From contig CM022670.1 in NCBI GenBank assembly GCA_012295275.1, positions 5,084,001 to 5,148,000 of the forward strand: DNA of 64,000 nt, given 5' to 3'. A program made the position numbers and the translations under genes. Origin of the DNA: Chrysomallon squamiferum. Its lineage: Eukaryota; Animalia; Mollusca. Positions 55,863 through 64,000 of this stretch are shown piece after piece (within the stretch, counting starts at the first letter, position 1; each line of letters starts with the position of its first letter). The notes under the pieces were generated by a model. That model had not been told where the DNA came from. It was given only the letters and a program-made list of their open reading frames with translations, and made no database searches.

Positions 55863-57693
55863 GCATACTATTCAGTTCTGTAGGTGAGAATATTTATTTC
55901 AGAGTCTGTAGTTAATTCTGGCACTAAATATTTATAATTATTATTATTATTGTTGTTGTGTTGTTGTTATTGTAATGATTATTATTATTATTGTTATCCT
56001 TATTATGATAATTATTATTATTTCTGTTTTTATTTATTTATTTATTTCAACATTTAGTGGTGATGGTGGTGCTGATATTATTATTATTATTGTTGTTATT
56101 TGTTAGTAATAGAAGTAGTAATAGAGGTAGTGGAAGTAGTAATAGTAGTAGTAGCAGAAATAGTTGTAGTAGTAGTAGTAATATAATAATAATAATTTTA
56201 ATAATACTAATGGTACTAATAATAATTATCACGAAAGAAAATAAATAAAACAAAAATAAAACCAAAACACACATAAAAGACCCTACAGCATAACAACAAC
56301 ATTAACATTACGATAAGTTTCCTAGCACAAACAACCAAGTACGTGTTACTAGGTCAGCGGTGTACTTTTGAAATATCTGGATGATTTATTTTCTCTCTAA
56401 GTTTATCTTAGACACAAAATGATACACCTTTATTGACCAAATGTCTCGTTACTAATATAAAATAGTTGATATCAATCGTTATAAATAACCATTCGAGGAT
56501 CAGGAGGTTGAAGTGGATTGAGTTCATCCATTCCCTAAACTTTTGTGTCGTTCTAATGAATTTTTGTTCACTTTTCGTATAGCCACTATAACTACAGTGG
56601 ATTCTCTCTTATGTTTTTAAAATTCTATATCAGATTATCAGTACGTTTCTAAGTAATCGATATGAAAATAAAACAAATAAATTCAGTTCTAACAATTGTT
56701 AGAGCTGATCTGTTAATGTTAGATTTCTAACCTTTACATATACTGAAATGTTCAGATGGACCTTAATGGCATACATTGTCCGAAAAATTATTATACTATT
56801 TAAACAAGCAACATATGCCTGATTTAGTTAAGCTAGCAGTAGATTTTAGCAATGTCAGAGCTTGAATTGTTCGTACTAGAATGAGATGCATGTCATATAA
56901 CGATCTGTTGAAACAAATATAAGACCTTGTCAAAACAGCACCGTTCAATCTGACATTAGACGCTTTTACTGTCAGAACATGACGGGTTCAGATGGCAAGA
57001 AGTGGTCAAACGGCTGGCAGTCAGTTCCTACATCCGCTGAAGCTAACACAAGACGCCTGCACAGTCAAACTTGAAAAACTTTGTTTTCTTCAGTTGAGCG
57101 GACTCTGTTTACCATACCTGCAGAACAACCTGCGAAGTTTCCTAAGCCTTTAAAGAAACAAGTTTAATTACATTAATACACGTCTTAGTCATCGTCTTGT
57201 TTACAGCTTATAATCCCAACTCATATTTTTTCCTATAATGGGACTGTATGACAAACGCCGTAAGGTTCTTAAAACTTACCCTGGCGTTCAGCGACAATAT
57301 TTTTTGTTGTCACTGAAATAGGACAAAACGTCAGCTATAGAAATGTGCGTTCTTCAAGTAATATTCTAATTGCTAGTCAGTTGAAGTTTGACATTTCCAG
57401 ATAAACTCGGAGATAGGTAAGAGTTTCGGGTCATGTATTCAAGGCAAATCTTTTGAATTCGCAGGAGGTGGTAACTGTACGCAGATTACGAACGAGATAA
57501 AGTAAGGAAGAAGTTCTTGCATTTTGGATGACACTCGTCAACACAACAGCTGAACAGGTTTGGAACGAATTATATGCAAGGCTAAGGGTGACGACATAAT
57601 GTGTACAAGTGTAAGTCCAGAAGTGAAATAAAATAAATCTCATGAATGCACCTCGGTGGAAGAATACTGTCTGTTGATTAATGCGTTGCAAGA

Positions 57694-57795
57694 TCATATC
57701 TTTGAAGTCAACCCTTCGCATTATAACCCGTTCTAACATGTGCTCATATCTTTGAAGTCAACCTTTCGCATTACAACCCGTTCTAACATGTGCTC
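57694..57795. repeat. 50-bp tandem duplication with 2 mismatches
   Basis: TCATATCTTTGAAGTCAACCYTTCGCATTAYAACCCGTTCTAACATGTGC at 57694 and 57744. Confidence 0.96.
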
Positions 57796-58279
57796 CATGT
57801 TTATCAAAGATGTGGTTGCGGATAGGAGCTTATAAAATACATTTTAGCTGTCAGTTTATCCTAATTTATGAATTGTTCTGTTGCAATAAAATTAAGCTTA
57901 AAGTCGATGATTAAGTAAAATATCCCCAATAAAAATAGCAGAAAATAATTTTATAAATAGTTTGGAATTAGAAAAGTTTATCATAAGCCTTTATTCTTTT
58001 CTTTTGTTTATTTGTTATTTATTTATTTATATATTAACTTATTTACTTACTTGCCTACTTACTTTATTTTCTTCCTTATTCATTTATTTACTTATTTATT
58101 TATGTTCATCTGTGAAAATCAGTAAATATATGACTCATTTTACTTATTAATTTCGCTGAATTTTCCGAGTCAGTGATTCTTTTAAAACAGCTAAAATAAC
58201 TTCCTTTTTTGAATTCTTAGGCTTTGACTTCTTTATTTTTTTATAACTGTACATATGTGGGTTTGTATTTGCATTTATG

Positions 58280-58500
58280 TATATTTGTGAGTATATATAT
58301 ATATGTATGTATGTATGCATGCGTGTATGTATTTATGTATGTATGTACGTATGTCTCTGTATGTATGTATGTATGTATGTATGTATGTATGCATGCATGC
58401 GTGTATGTATTTATGTATGTATGTATGTATGTCTCTGTATGTCTGTATGTATGTATGTATGTATGTATGTATGCATGTATGCATGTATGTTTGTATATAT
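58280..58500. repeat. (ATGT)n microsatellite with a 78-bp higher-order duplication
   Basis: The variant block GCGTGTATGTATTTAT...GTCTCTGT recurs at 58321 and 58399. Confidence 0.93.
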
Positions 58501-58699
58501 ATATATCTAAGTATTTATATGTATATAATACATCTATATATAGCTCTCTCGAGCATGCACATAAAATAAGACAGTCGCTCTACTTAACATTATATATTTA
58601 ACTTTAACCTTGACTTAACTACTGTTCATTTAAGCTTAATATTTTTTAAAGTCATTTCGGTGCGTGTGTGTGTGTGTGTGTTTGTGTGTGTGTATGTAT

Positions 58700-58739
<40 letters not shown>

Positions 58740-59236
58740 GATTAAAAAACATACTGTTTATTAAAAACACAGGTCACATCTATCTGGAGAGAGGAGGTAA
58801 AAGAAAGTCACTAATTGCTGCTATAACAAACACCACGGCTAGGAATAAGTACCGTAGTGTCAACACAAGCAAAACGCCCCACCACAAGACTTTTTTTTCT
58901 TTTTTTTCGTTTTCCTCTCGGTTGTGTTGTGTTGTGTAGCGCTTGTATTGACCCGGCCACCCTCGAGTTACGGCTATTTTCATATTGCTGGGTTCAGTAA
59001 GAAAAAAACATTATGAGTCACCAGTGATAAGCAGTTTTGAAGCGCCCGGTCACATCAAATACTCGTTTGTATGTCACACACACCTGACAGAGTACACGCA
59101 AACAAGTCGCTGGAATTAAAGGCGTATTATTCAGCAACGGGAAAGTTCTGTCACACTGGCACTAAGATGCCTGGCGTACACAGGAACTGGAAAGAAAGGT
59201 GTTCTGAAAATAATAAATACTGAGTCACTCATTATC

Positions 59237-59289
<53 letters not shown>

Positions 59290-60413
59290 GCCTCAATCTC
59301 TCTTCCTCCTTTCTTATCGTCTTTACACCTCTGTCAAGTGACGAGTACCAGGAAAATGTGTACAGCGAAAAGTACGGAGCCTGTCGGCAGGAAGCTATCG
59401 AAATCTGAAGAGCTCTACAATCTTATTTTCTGTCACACGTGTCAGTCAGCATTCGAGCTGGAGGCCTTCTCGAAAATTTACACCGCCTCAAACACGAGGT
59501 GATAGATTTACAATTACTGATACACGACAAAGTGATTCGGTGTTTTAGCTGAAGGGAACATATTCCGAATATTCCTACAACACCTCACTATGTTAGAAGA
59601 TGTTCTGTGTCTTAATCAATGGTTTGTTAACTTGGGTAATAGGCTGAGCTTCGTCGATGACCTGTCAGAGATAACAGGGGTTGGATGTATTTTCTTTGCT
59701 GGTGATTTGTCACTGACGTACTTTCAGCAGCACTTTTAATATGACACATTTGCCACCTGCAATAATCATTCACGTTAATTAGGTAATTCATTATGTTTCA
59801 GATAATTTTTTTTGTTTCTTTTCTTTTCTTCTTTTAAACGAGTGATAAACGTTTTGTAACAGAACATTTGCAGCTTTTTAGCAAATATATGAATGAATAA
59901 ATGAATAAATAAATAAATAACAATTAAAAAAATATAAAATAATAAATGCATACACACACAGACACACATATAAGCACTTACGTTCATACATCTATCCATA
60001 TATGCACACAAACTGGTAAAAATGTACACACATATATGTACACAAATACACAAGCATCATTATGAAGATGAGTAAAATGTCAAAACCTTAGCTACATTAA
60101 AATTATTATACTATTAACTCCAAAAATTAAGTATCATGCTATAAAAAAAAAAAAAAGAAGCAAACAACATAAATGTTTTTGAGGGAAAAAATTAAACAAA
60201 GAAAAAGTAGAGAAAACTGGCAGGGAATAGGCAAGAATGGGAAAAGAGTCTTGTAAATGACTCCAACGACGACAGAAGTTTTAACAAGTGAACTACAGTC
60301 ACTGACATGATGGATCTCTGTAATTTAGAGTTCAAATATCAAACATTAATAATTTCAAAATGTAATTGAGCACTTAACAGTAAGACAATAAATTAAATTA
60401 AGAGTTTGATGAT

Positions 60414-60445
<32 letters not shown>

Positions 60446-61494
60446 CCCTGGCCATGTGTTAAGTGTCACACAAATCAGTAACACTACAGATATAATAAAT
60501 ACTGTAAAGTAATTCATATTTCCCTTCATTATTAGTGGACTGCATTTCGAAGTCGTTTATTTCATTATTATGCATCCCTCTGTTCATCCGTCCATCCATT
60601 TGTCTGTTAGTCTCTCTCTATCCGCCAGCTTATCTATCTGTTGTCTGATATTATTATTATTAGTGTCCAGTACCCATAGTAGTACCTCTGTTTGAATAAG
60701 GTAATGACATGATGACTAAAATAAGGAATTAGCGAAACAATGATCAAAGATCTGTTACAAAGCCATCACAAATTTAAAAAAAAAAATAAAAAAAAAATAA
60801 AAAAAAATACATATATATTTCTTATGATCGTATACAACAAAAAGATTTTCCATAACAGATTATGAAGCAGATGTGTAAGAACATCATTTTCTGTCAACAA
60901 CGACGTCATACACGTCTCACCGAGCGCCAGGCACCTTTTTTTCCACGCTTTGTACGAATCACGTATGTTGTGCGTATGACCAGGATAAGACATTCTATTC
61001 CACGACGTTATGAGATGTCACGTTTAATTACGATTTGTAAGCCAGCTATATTGTCTGTCTGTGTAAGTTCTGTGTACAAATGGGTTTAGAGTCTTTTCTT
61101 TTTTATTTCCTCGTATGAAAAAGGGGGATTCCCAGGCCACATGATTTGATCTTCTGTTATATGTTCGTTACGTCAGTAAATTCTCCCTGAATAAAAAAAA
61201 CAACTGAAGACAAAATCGTTACAATGGACTTCATTACGGAATCACCGCCCATTTTAACCAAATTTACATCATACATTATTCTTCCGTACGCTGATTCACT
61301 GATGATGATGATAATAATAATCATCATAACAACAACAACAACAACAACAATAATAACAGTAATAACTAACGATATGTGTAAAGGTAAAATCCATTTGTAA
61401 TGACGGACTTCTCAGAATTCCTGATTATCTTATCCAAGCTTTCACTTTCTATTACGTGCTTATGCATGAATAATTTCTCCTCAATATCAATATC

Positions 61495-61554
<60 letters not shown>

Positions 61555-62205
61555 CAACTAACTGTTGAATTTTTAATAAATCAAAGCGTTCTATATTTTT
61601 CATTTTTTTTACTTTGACTCGCCATCTTATCTAAGTTTAATCTTCTGCTAAGCGCCAAGTTGTGTTCTTCCACTGCGCGCTAAAACATGAAAGAATTCTC
61701 CTGAACGAAAACAACAACAAAAAAACAGCAACCTAACGGTACATACTACGATCAAAGCGGTTACTATGCAAAAATCCCTGGTCATCTTATCCATGCCTTT
61801 GACCTTCTTTTATGCTGTAATCTGACCTCAGTGCTTTCGACGACTTACTGAAATACTGGGTGTGGCTCGCCAGCTGCGAAAGGACATAATTTGAAAAGAA
61901 TGCTTTTCGAGTGCTTCTAAATGATATGTGAAAGGTTTTATTTTACCGTGTTTACCCGGGGCCTAACCTTTCGTACCGAGTCGCGATTCTTCGCGAATGG
62001 TTCTTACTCTGTGCTGTGTACAAACACACTTATACGTGTGTATCTTTGAAAACAGGCACTTGATACTGCAGTGTTTGCGTTTTGATAAATGGCCACTCGG
62101 TTTCCTGTTTGTTTTGTTCCTTGACGTGTGATTGTGTGTGTGTCATAGTTAACAGATGGTGATTTGAGTGAGAAATTATTATTATTATTATTATCATTTG
62201 ACAGT

Positions 62206-62206
<1 letters not shown>

Positions 62207-62281
<75 letters not shown>
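62207..62281. repeat. (ATCT)n microsatellite
   Basis: Direct reading. Confidence 0.96.
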
Positions 62282-63516
62282 ATATTTGCATCATGTCTTA
62301 AGTATTTTTGTTGCTTTATACATATAATACTTACATATATGGATAGATATATTATATCTTCACATGTATACATACACACACACACACGCATGCATATACA
62401 TACAAATATACATAATACACATACATGTACACATACATATAATACATAAACATATAGATGCACATACACATATAAATATATACATACATACATACATATA
62501 TACAACTATATACATATGTACGTACGTCAGTACATACACACATACATTCACACATACGTACGTACCACTAGGCTTCTGTTTGTCAGTGTCTGTTTATATG
62601 TTTGACTGTTTTCTTTCTGTCTCTCTGACTTTCTGTATATAAAATCTCAACCTATTTTTTGTCCAGAGGTGATCAAAAAATGCACAATAGCTTCTAACAG
62701 ATTACTGTATCCGGTTCACAGTCATCTCCAAACTGTATGACGGATATTTCAAACCAACGCTTTGTACCTGTTTGATCTATGACATTTAAAAACTTACTGT
62801 GAAAAAGGGCTGCTTGTTTTGTTTACAAATACAGTAATAAAAATGACTGGGTTAATTCAGCCTGTTGAATGTTGATAGATATTTTGTTTGTTTAAAGCTA
62901 AATAGACGAATCAAAAAATTAAAATTAAAATAATAAAACTGGTAATTTCACTCAAACGGAGAAGGCCCTGACTATTTTCTGAAATGACTGGAACAAAATT
63001 ACTTTTCGAGCGATGTCAAATTTAATGTGGCACTTCCTATTTTTTCTTTTTTTTTTTTTTTTTTTTTTGGTGGATTTTGAAAGTTTGGTTTAAAGAGTAC
63101 ATTATGTTTTTACCGTTATTTGCGTTATTAAAAATCTGTTATGTTTAAAAACTGGTGGAATGTCAAAGATTTAAAAATAAAATAAAATAGAATAAAATAA
63201 AATAAATGAAAATAAAATAAAATAAATGAAAATAAAATAAAATAAAATAAAAAAAATTTAAACAATAAAAATAAGTTTACCAGTACTTACAGAAATAAAA
63301 ATTGAACTTACTTACTTGGATTAAAAATATACTGCTCTCTTCAATTTTTAAAATTATTTTTATTGCGGCGAATGTTTGCTGATAATAAAGTATCAAAATA
63401 ATATTCAGCAGTATAAGACATCAAGTCTTAGAAAGAAAATAGGAAAAAAAAAACTTTTTTTTTAAAAAATAGTTTTGGTGTTCGCTGGTTTCTTTGTTTG
63501 TTTGCTTATTTTTTTT

Positions 63517-63576
<60 letters not shown>

Positions 63577-63781
63577 TTTTTTTTTAGCTTCACTTTGCTT
63601 TATATTACTTTAATTATTTCATGCAAACTAAATCTCTCATTCCGACTAACGTTGGTTTTCTAGGAATCGCTATGTCAGTAGACACAAAACAGATCTCAGT
63701 TACGGAGAGTGAATTCATTTCGTATAAATAAAATTCTTCTTTTTCCAACGTACTGACATTACAGTCTACTAACAAATAATT

Positions 63782-63889
<108 letters not shown>

Positions 63890-64000
63890 ATGCTGCAACA
63901 CGAGCTGCTACAGCATAAAACTAGTAACTTCTGATACAAAATTAAATCGTTCCAGACAACAGTAAAGGTACGACAGGAGACCAGTGCAGTGCAGACGTGT

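Noticed and set aside
57431-57739. 102-aa minus-strand ORF
   Set aside because: No recognisable motif, and its start lies within a tandem duplication.

Overview
AT-rich eukaryotic (animal) non-coding DNA; it is not prokaryotic. I find no credible protein-coding gene: the supplied ORFs are mostly translations of microsatellites, and the rest are short chance frames with no recognisable domain. The window is a mosaic of microsatellite or homopolymer blocks alternating with roughly 300-900 bp high-complexity, CpG-retaining islands. At least six highly decayed copies of one tRNA-derived SINE are present. Its core resembles my recollection of the Meta/MESC-core SINEs of molluscs, which points to a mollusc, possibly a gastropod (inference). 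The islands carry many bZIP-type (TGACGTCA, TTACGTAA) and E-box motifs, two CTCF-like sites, one promoter-like island and a few candidate exons. This looks like intergenic or large-intron regulatory territory. I cannot support a new biological system here, and the findings are modest, testable leads. All counts and alignments were made by eye.
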